Of a stretch of DNA of 64,000 nt, positions 43,504 through 54,187 are shown piece by piece. Each line of letters begins with the position of its first letter. Positions within the stretch are counted from its first letter, which is position 1. The stretch is taken from positions 32,001 to 96,000 of the forward strand of contig CAWJZV010000033.1 of the NCBI GenBank assembly GCA_963847445.1. The letters run 5' to 3'. Position numbers and translations under genes: made by a program. The stretch is from an uncultured delta proteobacterium. GTDB taxonomy: Bacteria; Desulfobacterota; Binatia; UBA9968. The notes under the pieces were generated by a model that was not told the origin of the DNA, did no database searches, and saw nothing but the letters and a program-made list of their open reading frames with translations.

Positions 43504-45036
43504 CTATCGGAGCGGCTCAAAGAAGGCATCGTCTACGTGCACATAACCGTGAACTCTATCCTCTCCCAGCGAACGCACGCGCAGGAATTCACCGCCGTGA
43601 CTTGCAACTTCGACACGAAGTCCCGGCCGCAGGGTATCGATGATGTCGGCATTCGCCGTTGGTTTGTTTCGTAATAACGTGGCTACGCTAACGCGAAATT
43701 CCTTGTGCGCAGGCGGTTTAATGATTTTGCGAGTAGCGACAGGCGTCGGCGGTGTTTTACGAGGTCGCTCTGCGGTCTGCGGATCGCTTTCCGGCAGAAC
43801 GCCAATCGACGACCGCGGCAAAATCTCAGGGGAAAGCCCTGACGTGCCGGGACGATCCGAACTGGTCCCTACCGAGGCGCGCGTGACCGTGAGCTTTGGC
43901 AAAAGATTGCGAACCTCCATCGTGGACTTATTCGTATGTGAAACGGTGACTTCAGTTCTTGGAGGCGACGAGACCGCCCATCCCCAAGCCAAGACGACAA
44001 TCGCAGTCAGGGCACCGGTGGCAAACTTAAGTTGCTTCTTGTCTAGTGCAAACTCCGCGCGAACCGGCCGAGCAACCGATCCGATCGGTGGCGGGGTGTC
44101 ATATTCGCCAGCTGCGATGAGATTGTCAGGTCGATCACCGGTATCGACAATTGCCGGCGCGCGACAATTTGCCAACTCACTCGGAGCATCGACTGTCTCC
44201 ACAGGTGGCTTAATCTCCGACGGCAACCTCCCGTCCAAGCGCAGTTCCGCTGCAGCGTCGTCGATGACCTCCGGTGTAATCGTCGTGCACCCCGCCTGGT
44301 AGGCACGTTCCAATGCGTTATCGCATAGCGAATTGATCACACGGGGAATGCCGCGCGAGTATGCGGCGATCAGTTTCACGGTCGTTAAGTTGAAAAGCTC
44401 TCCGCCTTTGTAACCTGCTTGATTGAGCCGCGCCGCTAGATAAGGACCGACCTCATGGGCAGCAAGCGGATACAAGACATGACGATGAGCGACCCGTTGC
44501 TTGAACTGACGCATTTTTGGCCGATCCAGCCGACTCTCAAGCTCCGGTTGGCCAACCAGAATGATCTGAATTAGCTTCTCGCTATCGGTCTCGAGATTGC
44601 CCAGGAGTCTGAGTTCCTCCAACACTTCGTCGCTCAGGCCCTGAGCCTCATCGAAAATCCAGGTCACGATGCGCCCTTGCGTATGTTGCCGCAGCACGTA
44701 GTCGTTGAGTTGCTCCAGCATCGATTCCTTGTCCGTCGTCCTGGCGGGGGTGCCCAAGTCGTTGAGGATCGCACGTAACAATGAGGTGAATTTCAAACGC
44801 GGATTGAAGATGTAGGCGTACGCGATACGATTTGAAAAACTCCGCATCAAGCGGCGCAGAAGTGTCGTTTTGCCGGTACCCGCCTCACCGGTAACGACGA
44901 TGAACCCCTTCCTCCCCTCGATCCCGTAGCGCAATTTGCCCAGCACTTCCTCGTAGTTGGCGCTGTTGTAAATGAACCGCGGGTCCGGTGTCACACTGAA
45001 GGGCAATTCCTCAAGGCCGAAATGATTGCGATACAT
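43504..45036 (-). CDS. ExeA/GspA-family AAA ATPase with TM segment and C-terminal SH3-like domain
   Basis: HFGL...PFSVTPDP, GEAGTGKT, DEAQ, LVGQPEL, GIPRVIN; SH3b-like LRNKP...GYVH. Confidence 0.85.
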   Translation of the reverse strand: MYRNHFGLEELPFSVTPDPRFIYNSANYEEVLGKLRYGIEGRKGFIVVTGEAGTGKTTLLRRLMRSFSNRIAYAYIFNPRLKFTSLLRAILNDLGTPARTTDKESMLEQLNDYVLRQHTQGRIVTWIFDEAQGLSDEVLEELRLLGNLETDSEKLIQIILVGQPELESRLDRPKMRQFKQRVAHRHVLYPLAAHEVGPYLAARLNQAGYKGGELFNLTTVKLIAAYSRGIPRVINSLCDNALERAYQAGCTTITPEVIDDAAAELRLDGRLPSEIKPPVETVDAPSELANCRAPAIVDTGDRPDNLIAAGEYDTPPPIGSVARPVRAEFALDKKQLKFATGALTAIVVLAWGWAVSSPPRTEVTVSHTNKSTMEVRNLLPKLTVTRASVGTSSDRPGTSGLSPEILPRSSIGVLPESDPQTAERPRKTPPTPVATRKIIKPPAHKEFRVSVATLLRNKPTANADIIDTLRPGLRVEVASHGGEFLRVRSLGEDRVHGYVHVDDAFFEPLR

Positions 45037-45444
45037 AAAGCTCCCTGACCGCGTTAACGGCGCGACGAAATCTGGCCCCGAGGCCTGGAGATCGCGACGG
45101 CTATGTACTCAAGCACTCGAAACTGATCGCCCCGAAGCCAGCGATCATCCGACTGAACGCTCTCGTTGCCTGCTTGTTGCGAAGCCCTTTCCCGGCACGG
45201 CATGCTGAATCCTATTTATCACCCCGCAAACGAACTGCAACCCTGGGCCGGCGCTCGGAAACCGCATTGCTGGGGGCCGACGCCGCCTACGGCTGTTTCA
45301 ATTCCACCCTAGTCTAGTGGGCATACTGGAAAAAGCTAGCAGGTCGGCATGACCAAAAAAAAGCATGCTGCCGGCTTGATGTCACAAGCGCTGTCGGGTT
45401 AAGACATTCGCCGAAGCATCTCGTCAGTTCCGGAGACTGGTAAA

Positions 45445-46569
45445 ATGTTCTCACCGTTAAGACTCCAGCAAATTTGCATCCTGGGAATGCTATTGGCTTT
45501 CGTGCCGTCTTCTAATCACCAGCTGTTTGCCGCCGATGGCCAAGACGAATGGCGCCGCATTGTCGAAGCGGCGAAGAAAGAAGGCAAAGTCGTCGCCGGC
45601 GGCCCGCCCACCGCGGTGCTGCGCAAGCAATTCAAAGAGACTTTTGAAAGCCGCTTCGGCATCGAGTTGGAATTGCTCTCGGCGCCGGGACCGCAGAATG
45701 CCCAGCGGGCGATCGCTGAATTCAAGGCCGGGGTGAAGCATTTCGACGTGCTGCACGGCGGTTCGGGAACGTTGCAGCCGCTGCGCAATGACAACATGCT
45801 CGCGCCGTTTATGGATAATGTGGTTCTCCCCGAAGTTCGCGATGCCAAGCAATGGTGGGGCGGCCATATGTGGGAGGACAACGTCAAAACCAACCGCTTT
45901 ATCTATTCTTTCTCCGCCGACTACACCGTGCCGCCGTTTTACAACTCGGACTTGGTCAAGCCCAACGAGATCACTTCCTACGACGACCTGTTGCAGCCCA
46001 AATGGAAAGGCAAGATCGGCATGTTCGAGCCGCGCGTCGCCAGCGCCGGCCAGGGTTTATGGGGATATTTGATGCGCGCCAAGGGCAAAGAATTCTTGCA
46101 AAGACTCGCCGAGCAAAACCTCTATATTCATCGCGACGGCCAGCAGATCGCCGTCAATCTGGCCAAAGGGAATCTCGCCGTGGCCCTCGCCGTGGCGCAA
46201 CGCTTCGTCGAGCCCTACATCAAAGGCGGCTTGCCGATCAAAGCACTGACATCGATCAAAGAAGGCATGGGCGGCAGCAACGGCTTCGGCACGGTCGCGG
46301 TCATGGCCAATGCGCCCCATCCGAACGCGGCGAAAGTCTACATCAACTGGTTGCTCGGCAAGGAAGGCCAAGATCTCTACGGCCGCGCCCTTACCCAAGG
46401 CACCCGGCGCTTCGACGTCGACACCAAATGGCTGACCCGCTACAACACCCCGGCGGCCAAAGATGTCACCACGCCGGAGGAGTTCGAGAAAGTGCGCTTC
46501 TTCGGTGAAGACGTGGTCGCCAACTGGCGCGAGCCGGCCGGCGAGTTCGCGCGGAAGATTTTAAAGTAG
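45445..46569 (+). CDS. ABC-type extracellular solute-binding protein, orphan
   Basis: AAKKEGKV, YDDLLQPKWKGKI, APHPNAAKVYINWLL. Confidence 0.9.
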   Translation: MFSPLRLQQICILGMLLAFVPSSNHQLFAADGQDEWRRIVEAAKKEGKVVAGGPPTAVLRKQFKETFESRFGIELELLSAPGPQNAQRAIAEFKAGVKHFDVLHGGSGTLQPLRNDNMLAPFMDNVVLPEVRDAKQWWGGHMWEDNVKTNRFIYSFSADYTVPPFYNSDLVKPNEITSYDDLLQPKWKGKIGMFEPRVASAGQGLWGYLMRAKGKEFLQRLAEQNLYIHRDGQQIAVNLAKGNLAVALAVAQRFVEPYIKGGLPIKALTSIKEGMGGSNGFGTVAVMANAPHPNAAKVYINWLLGKEGQDLYGRALTQGTRRFDVDTKWLTRYNTPAAKDVTTPEEFEKVRFFGEDVVANWREPAGEFARKILK

Positions 46570-46578
46570 TCGAATAAG

Positions 46579-47691
46579 GTGAGAAAAGCCCTCTACGAAA
46601 GTTGGAAGCGATGGATTCTTCACCACGAAGGACACGAAGTTCACGAAGACTTCTATCCCAAGATTCCGAACCTTCGTGATCTTCGTGCCTTCGTGGTGAA
46701 ATCGATCGTTCATCACTTTTGCCACGGCTATTTTGCTTGGTCTCCGCCGGTCATTCGCAAGACAAAAAACTCGCCGCCGTCACCATCGGCTACTCCGCGA
46801 TCAGCGGCAGCTTCGCGCCGCTTTGGGTGGCCCAGGATCTTGGCTTGTTCGCCAAACATGGGCTGGACACCAAGCTGGCGTACATTCAGGGCAACCGCGT
46901 CATGTTGTCGGCGCTGACCGCCGGCGAGATTCAATTCTACCAGGGCGGCGCCGAAGGATTGATCCGGCTGGTTTCCGGCGGCGGCGACGGCGTGTTCATC
47001 GCTACCCAGTACAACACCGTGGCCCATTACGTCTTGCTCACCGATCCGAGCATCGTGCAAGTTGGAAGATCTGCGCGGCAAGAGAATCGCCCTCGACCCG
47101 ACCAGCCCGACCTACGGTTATTTTTTGAAAGTCCTGGAACAGGTCGGCCTCAAGAAGGAAGATGTCCAGTTCGTCCAGTTCGGCACCGCCGGCCAACCGG
47201 AGCGCACTGCCGCGGTGCTGCGCAAGCAAGCCGCCGCGACCATCCTGACGGCGCCCAACACCTACGCCGCCGAAAAGCAGGGACTGAGAAAGTTTTCGAT
47301 CATCCGTGATCTCGCCATCCGCCAGCTGATTACGATCACCGGCACGACGCGAAAATACCTGCGCGAGCGGCGCGACGGCGCCGAGGCGTTTTTGCGCGGT
47401 TATGTTGAAGGGCTCGCCCATGTGCGCAGCCAAAGAGACTCGACTATCCGCGTAATCGCCAAATACACGCGCCAACGCGACGCCGAAATCTTGAATAAAT
47501 TCTACGACGAGATGGCGTCGGACTTGCCGCGCATTCCCTATGTCGACGAGGCTTCGACGCGGGCGACGATTGACGCCATGCAGAGCCAAGGTCCGCCGCT
47601 GCCGAAAGTCGACGCGAAAGGAATTGTCGATAACAGCTTGCTCAGGTCTTTCGAGACCAGCGGCTTGATCGATAAGCTGGCGCCGCGCTAA
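46579..47691 (+). CDS. SsuA/THI5/NMT1-like substrate-binding protein (frameshifts; start uncertain)
   Basis: PLWVAQDLGLFAKHGLD, EDLRGKRI, FLRGYVEG, VDNSLL. Confidence 0.82.
46619..46700. repeat. Family A palindrome
   Basis: ttcaccacgaaggacacgaagttcacgaag...cttcgtgatcttcgtgccttcgtggtgaa. Confidence 0.8.
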
Positions 47692-47699
47692 GAAAAACG

Positions 47700-47792
47700 G
47701 TCGAGGATGGAAGATCGAGGATAGAGGATCGATAGAGCCCAGCAGGAATTCTGATCGATCGCCATCCTCCATCCTCATCGTCTATCATCGAC
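47700..47792. repeat. 7-bp periodic GAGGAT/ATCCTC inverted repeat
   Basis: tcgaggatggaagatcgaggatagaggatcg ... ccatcctccatcctcatcgtctatcatcga. Confidence 0.7.
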
Positions 47793-47809
47793 GAAAAAGG
47801 AGACTGAAT

Positions 47810-48529
47810 ATGCGCTACGAACTCTACTACCAACCGTCCATTCAAGGCCGCGGTGAATTCGTTCGCTTGGCGCTGGAAGACGCCGGTGCCGACTATGTCG
47901 ACGTCGCCCGCGATCCCGCCTTCGGCCGTCCCGGCATCATGAAGATTCTCGAAGATCCCAACGTCGAGCATCCATCCTATGCGCCGCCATTCTTGAAAGC
48001 CGGCAAGCTTATGATCGGTCAGACGGCCAATATTCTTCAGTACCTTGGCCCACGCTTGGGACTGGTGCCGAAAGACCAAGCGAGCCGGCTGTGGGTGCAT
48101 CAATTGCAGCTGACGGTGACCGATTGGGTGGCCGAGGTCGGCAACACCCATCATCCCATCGCCAACGCGCTTTACTACGAAGAACAAAAAGACGAAGCGA
48201 AAAAGCGCGCATCCTTTTTCACCTCGCAGCGCATTCCGAAGTTTTTCGGCTACTACGAAAAGATATTGCAGAAAAACGGCAAAGCCACTCCCTACCTGCT
48301 CGGCAAAAAGATTTGCTACGCCGATCTGTCGCTATTTCAAATGGTCGAGGGGCTGCGCTACGCCTTTCCCCGCGCCATGGCGAAAGTGGCACCGACCATC
48401 CCGCGCGCCATCGCCCTGCACGACCGGGTCGCCGCCCGGCCGCGGATAAAAAAATATCTGGCATCGCCGCGCCGTTTGGCGTTCAACACCAACGGCATCT
48501 TTCGTCACTATCCGGAGCTGGATGAGTAG
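47810..48529 (+). CDS. Glutathione S-transferase
   Basis: IQGRGEFVRLALE, APPFLK..QTANIL, YADLSLFQ. Confidence 0.9.
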   Translation: MRYELYYQPSIQGRGEFVRLALEDAGADYVDVARDPAFGRPGIMKILEDPNVEHPSYAPPFLKAGKLMIGQTANILQYLGPRLGLVPKDQASRLWVHQLQLTVTDWVAEVGNTHHPIANALYYEEQKDEAKKRASFFTSQRIPKFFGYYEKILQKNGKATPYLLGKKICYADLSLFQMVEGLRYAFPRAMAKVAPTIPRAIALHDRVAARPRIKKYLASPRRLAFNTNGIFRHYPELDE

Positions 48530-48640
48530 GTCAATGCCAAACCGGTGGACTTGGACCAGAGAGGTGGATGCGATGGCCATCGAAAGAACGAGTTACTCAG
48601 GCTTCCGTGTGGCTAACCTGCAACAATCACCTTGATTTTT

Positions 48641-48723
48641 TTCACCACGAAGCTTACGAAGGACTGAAGGTTTCGGAAAATTAACACTCCGAGCTTCGTG
48701 ATCTTCGTGTCCTTCGTGGTGAA
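48641..48723. repeat. Family A palindrome
   Basis: ttcaccacgaagcttacgaagg...cttcgtgatcttcgtgtccttcgtggtgaa. Confidence 0.8.
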
Positions 48724-49017
48724 AGAGCCTTCACAGTTAACCCGACATAACCAAAGAACTATCACCGCCCGGCTCTGCTGAGTATCGAGCACCGGGCCTG
48801 CGAGCGGGCTTTTGCCGACGATGGTAGTTGCGCGAGCGACTCGGCGAGCTCGGCGATATGTTTCATGTCGAAGCCAAGCCAATTTGCCAGCGCGCTTCGA
48901 TGGGCACCTTACCCGCGACCAGCACGGTATCCCTGTTCCCGGAATTGTCCTGCCGTGGAGTTGTCATTGCAGTCTAAGGGAGTTTAACTGATGCCGGCAA
49001 AGGAGGAATAATTTAAC

Positions 49018-49680
49018 ATGGCCATCGAACTTTACTGGGGCAGCGGCAGTCCGTTCGCCTGGCGCGTCATGCTGACGCTTGAAGTGAAAGGCTTGGCTTA
49101 CGAGTCGAAGCTCTTGGAGTTTTCCAAGGGCGAGCACAAAACGCCGGCTTATCTGCAACTCAATCCGCGCGGCAAGGTGCCGACGCTCAAAGACGACGGC
49201 TTCGTGGTTTACGAGTCGTTGGCGATGATGAGCTACCTCGATCGCAAATATCCATCTCCGCCGCTGTTCGGCACCACCGCCGAGGAAACCGGATCGATTT
49301 GGCAGGCGATTTCCGAATGCGAGTCTTATTTCACCAGCGCCGGCGACAAAGTGGTTCGGCCGCTGTTCTTCGGCAAAGGCTTGGACAAGGTCGATGAAAT
49401 CCAGCAGGCGGCAGAAACCATTCGGCACGAGCTAAAGACTCTCGATCAACGGCTGGCAAGCGCCAACTGGTTAGTCGGCAACGCCATCAGCGCCGCCGAC
49501 ATCGCGATATTTCCGCTGATTCAACTCATACTGCGCGCGGCGGCCAAGGAGGCGGCGCAACCGTTCAATCTGCAATGGCTGCCGCTGGCGACCTATTATC
49601 CCAACCTCGCCAAATGGGTCGGACGCATCGAAGCCTTGCCCAACTATCAGCGCACTTACCCACCCCACTGGAGAGCTTAA
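49018..49680 (+). CDS. Glutathione S-transferase
   Basis: SGSPFAWRV, LNPRGKVPTL, YESLA, SAADI. Confidence 0.92.
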   Translation: MAIELYWGSGSPFAWRVMLTLEVKGLAYESKLLEFSKGEHKTPAYLQLNPRGKVPTLKDDGFVVYESLAMMSYLDRKYPSPPLFGTTAEETGSIWQAISECESYFTSAGDKVVRPLFFGKGLDKVDEIQQAAETIRHELKTLDQRLASANWLVGNAISAADIAIFPLIQLILRAAAKEAAQPFNLQWLPLATYYPNLAKWVGRIEALPNYQRTYPPHWRA

Positions 49681-49732
49681 TATCTCTCTCGGGGACGGTC
49701 AAAATCCATGCCTGTAGGCGGAGAAAAGATTT

Positions 49733-49923
49733 GTCATGCCGGCGAAGGCCGGCATCCAGGTATTTTGCTGTAGGGGCGGGGCGCGACCCGCCCTCCGCCT
49801 GGATTCCGGCCTGCGCCGGAATGACGAAAGGAAGAGTAGTTGTAGGGTGGGTGGAGGCGCAACGCGCCGATACCCACCGTTCGGAATGATGATGGGTATC
49901 GCTAACGCTCCACCCATCCTACG
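49733..49923. repeat. Family E element with a GTAG REP in its loop, followed by a second GTAG-type inverted pair
   Basis: gtcatgccggcgaaggccggcatccag [gtaggggcggggcgcgacccgccctc] ctggattccggcctgcgccggaatgac; gtagggtgggtggag...ctccacccatcctac. Confidence 0.78.
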
Positions 49924-50006
49924 TCGGAATCGCAGCGCGGCAGGCTACGGGGAATTAACCGTCGGCGATTAGATAAAGTTGGCAAATACCAAAAGGAGGA
50001 CAAACT

Positions 50007-50417
50007 ATGGCGACAAATTTTACCGGCGGATGTCTGTGCGGCGCGGTGCGTTATGAATGCAGCGCGGACGCGATTTTCATGGGCAATTGTCACTGTCGCG
50101 ATTGCCAAAAAGCCAGCGGCGGCGCCTATGAGGCGGCCATCGGCATCCCGGCGCCTGCGCTCAAGATTACCGGCAACGTCAAATACCATGACAGCAAAGC
50201 CGACAGCGGCAACACCCTGAGCCGCGGCTTCTGCCCTGAATGCGGCTCTCGCTTATTCGGTAAAACCAGCGCGATGACTGATCTCGCGATGATCACGGCC
50301 GCCAGCCTCGACGATCCGAGCCAATATATGCCTCAGATGGATATTTACATTTCGAGCGCCCAGCCCTGGGATCACATGAATCCAGCCTTGCCCAAATTTG
50401 CCAAGATGCCGCTGTAA
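50007..50417 (+). CDS. GFA (Mss4-like, Zn-binding) family protein
   Basis: GGCLCGAVRY, CHCRDCQ, FCPECGS. Confidence 0.92.
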   Translation: MATNFTGGCLCGAVRYECSADAIFMGNCHCRDCQKASGGAYEAAIGIPAPALKITGNVKYHDSKADSGNTLSRGFCPECGSRLFGKTSAMTDLAMITAASLDDPSQYMPQMDIYISSAQPWDHMNPALPKFAKMPL

Positions 50418-50498
50418 ATCCTGGCGATCTGAGCTATAGGAGAGTTCACGGAGTTCTGGCGAAAGAGCCGGTCCATGAACATTTTCGCGAGGTGATCG

Positions 50499-51501
50499 AT
50501 GCCGAGTCGCAATCTGCTACGCATTGTCATTGCTGTCGTCGCTGTCCACGGCGGCATAGCCTACGCCGCCGAACCAACCGGACTGCGCAAAATTCGCTCT
50601 GCGATCACCAGCATCTCCGGCAGCATGTCGCCGGCATGGGCGGCGCACGAGTCGGGGATTTTCGCCAAACATGGCCTGCAGGTCGAAGTCGTCGCCATGC
50701 CCAGCGGCTTGCAAGGCATCAATACACTGGCGGCGCGCGAAGTCGATTTCGTCCACATCGCCGGCGGCACCACCGCCGGCGCGGCGGTCGGCGGCCTGGA
50801 CGTAAAAATCATCGCCACGCTGGTCGGTACTCTGGTGCTCAATCTGGTGGTTCGCCCCGAGATCGAAAAGCCGGAGCAGCTGCGCGGCAAAAGCATCGGC
50901 ATCAGCCGCTACGGCACCTCGCTGCATACCGGCGCGCGCATCGCCCTGCGCCACTTCGGCATGGAAGGCGGCAAAGACGTCGCCATCGCCGAGATCGGCG
51001 CGGGCGAATGGATCGTCAGTGCGATCCAGGGCGGCCGCATTCACGGCGGCGTGTTCGGCTATCCGGCGACATCACGCGCGCTCAAGCTCGGCAATCGCCT
51101 GATGCTGCATCTGCCGACGCTCAACATCGCCTACGCCGCCAACGGCGTATCGACCCGCGGCGAAATCATCCGCAACGATCCCGACCTGGTCCGGCGTTAT
51201 CTCTCCGCCGTCATCGAAGCGAGCGCCCTGATGAAGAAAGACCGCGCCTTTTCCTTCAATGTTCTTGCGCAAATACTTGCGCACCGACGACGCCGATCTG
51301 TTGACCGAAACCTATGACGTGCAGATCATAAAATATCTGCTGAAAATCCCGCTGCCGACAGTGGACGCCGTCAGGTCGGTGGTCGAGGAGCTTGCCGAGC
51401 GCAATCCCAAAGCCAAGGACCAAGATCCAAGCCGATTTTTCGACGACCGCTTCGTCCGGCAGTTGGAAGCCAACGGCTTCATCGACACCGTTTACCGTTG
51501 A
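50499..51501 (+). CDS. SsuA/NMT1-like substrate-binding protein (frameshift near 51265)
   Basis: GIFAKHGL.VE, LRGKSIGISRYG, FFDDRFV.QLE..GFI. Confidence 0.87.
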
Positions 51502-51519
51502 GACCATCCAGGATCTGCA

Positions 51520-52500
51520 ATGTTACGACGATGGAAATTTTTTAAAGCGGCGGGCGCGGCGGGATTGGCCACGCTGCTCCTCAGCGCGCCGGCCCAGCCG
51601 GCGGAAAGAGCCAAACTCACCATCGGCTATTCCAGCACCGGTCCCACCGCGGTCGGCCTGTGGACCGCCAAGGAGATCGGTGCGTTCAGCAAATACGGCG
51701 TCGAGCCCAACTTTGTTTTTATTTCATCGAGCCCGGTGATGGTGCCGGCGCTGATCGGCGGCGACGTCCAGTGCGCCGTCGCCGGCGCCAACGCGGTGAT
51801 CGCCGCCGCCCTCGGCGGCGCGCCGATTGTCGCCATCGCCAGCCTGGCCAACCGGCCTTACTTGCGGCTGTGGGCACAGACGGAGTACCAGCGCGTCGAA
51901 GAGCTGCGCGGCAAAACCTTTGGCGTGTCGCGCTTCGGCGCCACCACCGACAATCTGACGCGCATCTTGCTGCGCCGCGTCGGCCTGGAAAATGCCGTCA
52001 CAATTCGCCAGTTGGGCGGCACCCTCGAAGTCGGCCTGGCCTTTCGCCACCGCCAGATCGATGCCGCCGTGCTGGCGACCTTGCGCACCGATGTGCCGCA
52101 TCGAATATTGCTCGAGCTCGCGGACACCGGCATTCAGTATTCCATGGGCCAACTGGTGGTGTCGCGGGAGTTTCAACGGCGTGCGCCGGAGACGCTGGAA
52201 AGGATTCTGCGGGCCTATATCGAAGGTGTCGCGGCGCTGCGCGATCCGAGCCAAAAAGATCGCGTGACCAAAGCCATCGCCTTCTATAGCCGGCTCAAAG
52301 AAGCCAAAGCGATCGAAGAAATTTACGCCGACGCGGCCAAATACGTCGACCGCGTCCCGCGCGTGGAGCCGGAGGCGGTCGCCGCCAGTCTCGACTTCAT
52401 GGGCAAGAAAGGCCAGCCCATCGAATCCTTCGCCGATAATTCCATCGTCGACAAACTCGTGCGCGAAGGGTTCATCGAGCAAGCCTACAAGAAGCGTTAA
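51520..52500 (+). CDS. SsuA/NMT1-like substrate-binding protein
   Basis: Signal peptide, FSKYGVE, LRGKTFGVSRFG, DNSIV..L..EGFI. Confidence 0.9.
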   Translation: MLRRWKFFKAAGAAGLATLLLSAPAQPAERAKLTIGYSSTGPTAVGLWTAKEIGAFSKYGVEPNFVFISSSPVMVPALIGGDVQCAVAGANAVIAAALGGAPIVAIASLANRPYLRLWAQTEYQRVEELRGKTFGVSRFGATTDNLTRILLRRVGLENAVTIRQLGGTLEVGLAFRHRQIDAAVLATLRTDVPHRILLELADTGIQYSMGQLVVSREFQRRAPETLERILRAYIEGVAALRDPSQKDRVTKAIAFYSRLKEAKAIEEIYADAAKYVDRVPRVEPEAVAASLDFMGKKGQPIESFADNSIVDKLVREGFIEQAYKKR

Positions 52501-52566
52501 AGAATACCGAGAAGACCCCAGCGGATAGGGACCGTCCAAAGCGGCGAACGGATAGGCGCCGCGACA

Positions 52567-54187
52567 TCAGTTTCGCACGGCGAATGTAATCGACTGACTC
52601 CCACCGGCGGCCCCGCCGCCGTCCATCGCGGCAAATGGTGTCGCGGTAAGCGTATGGCTGCCCGTACTGAGGCCGAATGGAAGATAATCACCCGCAGGAC
52701 TATCTCGCAGCGAGAGCGTAGGGAGCGACATTCTCCGTTTGGATGGATGGCGTGTCATCGTACCCGAAGACCACGCTTCCGACTCCGCCCGTCACCACAG
52801 CCCGGATGGACAACTCAGCCGGCAGCTCGGACAGCACCAGCGTGTCTCCGTGGAGCACCGGACGGATGTCGGTATTCGATGCCGCATTGACGAGAGTAAA
52901 ACCTGTCACGAATGCATTCGTGCTCGTCACCTCGACCGCACCCATATCGCACCGGCCCCCGCCTTGCGGCCTGGGGACCCCTCTCTGATCTCGTACCTCA
53001 CAGCCGTCTGCGGCAGGGGGTGGGAACTGGTAGCCCACCTCAAGGACGGGACTATTCGCCGCCGGAAGATGCGTCTGCGCGGGGCCGCCATTGTTCGCCA
53101 AGGGTCCGAGCAGAGGATCGACATTCAGCAGGAAGGTCGACACGAAGGAAGGAATCGTGCACTCATTGCTGTCTCCGATCAGATTATACTTGCTATCACC
53201 ACTTAACTCTCCCACACAGTCATTGGGGCCGACGCCGCCGTGATTTCCGGCAATGATACTGTTTTTCACAACGGTGGTCTTGCCATTGCCGATTTGGATG
53301 CCGCCGCCACGATTGGCTCCCGCATTGTCTCCAACACCGGTATTGTTCGTGATCGTCACGTTATAGAGCACGGCAAATCCCTCCTGGGAGATTCCCCCGG
53401 TCCCCGCCTGGTCTGAATGGGCAATGTTGCCGCTGACGGTCACATTACGAAGATTCATCTGTCCTGAATTGCGGATCCCTCCAGCCCGATTTGAATTGTT
53501 ATTAGCAATCGTAGAGTCATACACCCACAGTTCACCCTGATTCCAAATGCCGCCGCCAAACGCGCCGGTGGCGAAATTGTCGGTAATCGCACTCTTCCGC
53601 ATTGTGAGCTTCGCACCATTAACAACGTAAAGACCGCCTCCCCCGGTAACGGCCTCGTTCTGTCGAATAACCAGGTTACTGAATTCGGAAGTACCGGCAT
53701 CGATTCGAATCCCTCCTCCGCCGCTACTGTTGCCTCCCTGTACAGTGACGTGATTAAGTTCGAGGCCCTCGCTTTGGACGTAAAACACAATATGGGCATG
53801 GTTGCCATCGATGATGGTGGTGGCGGCACCGGCACCCTGAATCTTGACGCCGTCCGTGATTGCCAGATGCCCTCCACCCGCTGCCACAGGCAGGGTGAGC
53901 TGATAGAGTCCACTAGGGACTTCGATAGTGTCTTTCCACACCGAGGCATTCGATTCCATGACAGCAGCCCTGAGCGTACACAGGCCGCCCGGCGCTCCAG
54001 CCTCGGTACCAGGTGGGACCGCCCGCGCGCACGTGCGATCACCGGGAGTCGCATCCGGCGCATCCAACAGGCTATCCACTCGATAGGTCATGCAGGCGCT
54101 CATGAGCAAGGGCAAGAGGACAACCGTAGACGCGGTACGCCGTCCGAGGTCCCTCCACGATTGAATCGACGGCAAGAAGCGACCCAT
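52567..54187 (-). CDS. Beta-helix surface lipoprotein (CSLREA / choice-of-anchor Q) with C-terminal Ig-like domain (frameshift near 52705)
   Basis: Lipobox LMSAC; CTLRAA; Gly/Asn repeats; LGPLANNGGP.QTH, DQRGVPRP, CDMGAVE; AGGAGG before ATG 54187. Confidence 0.85.
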
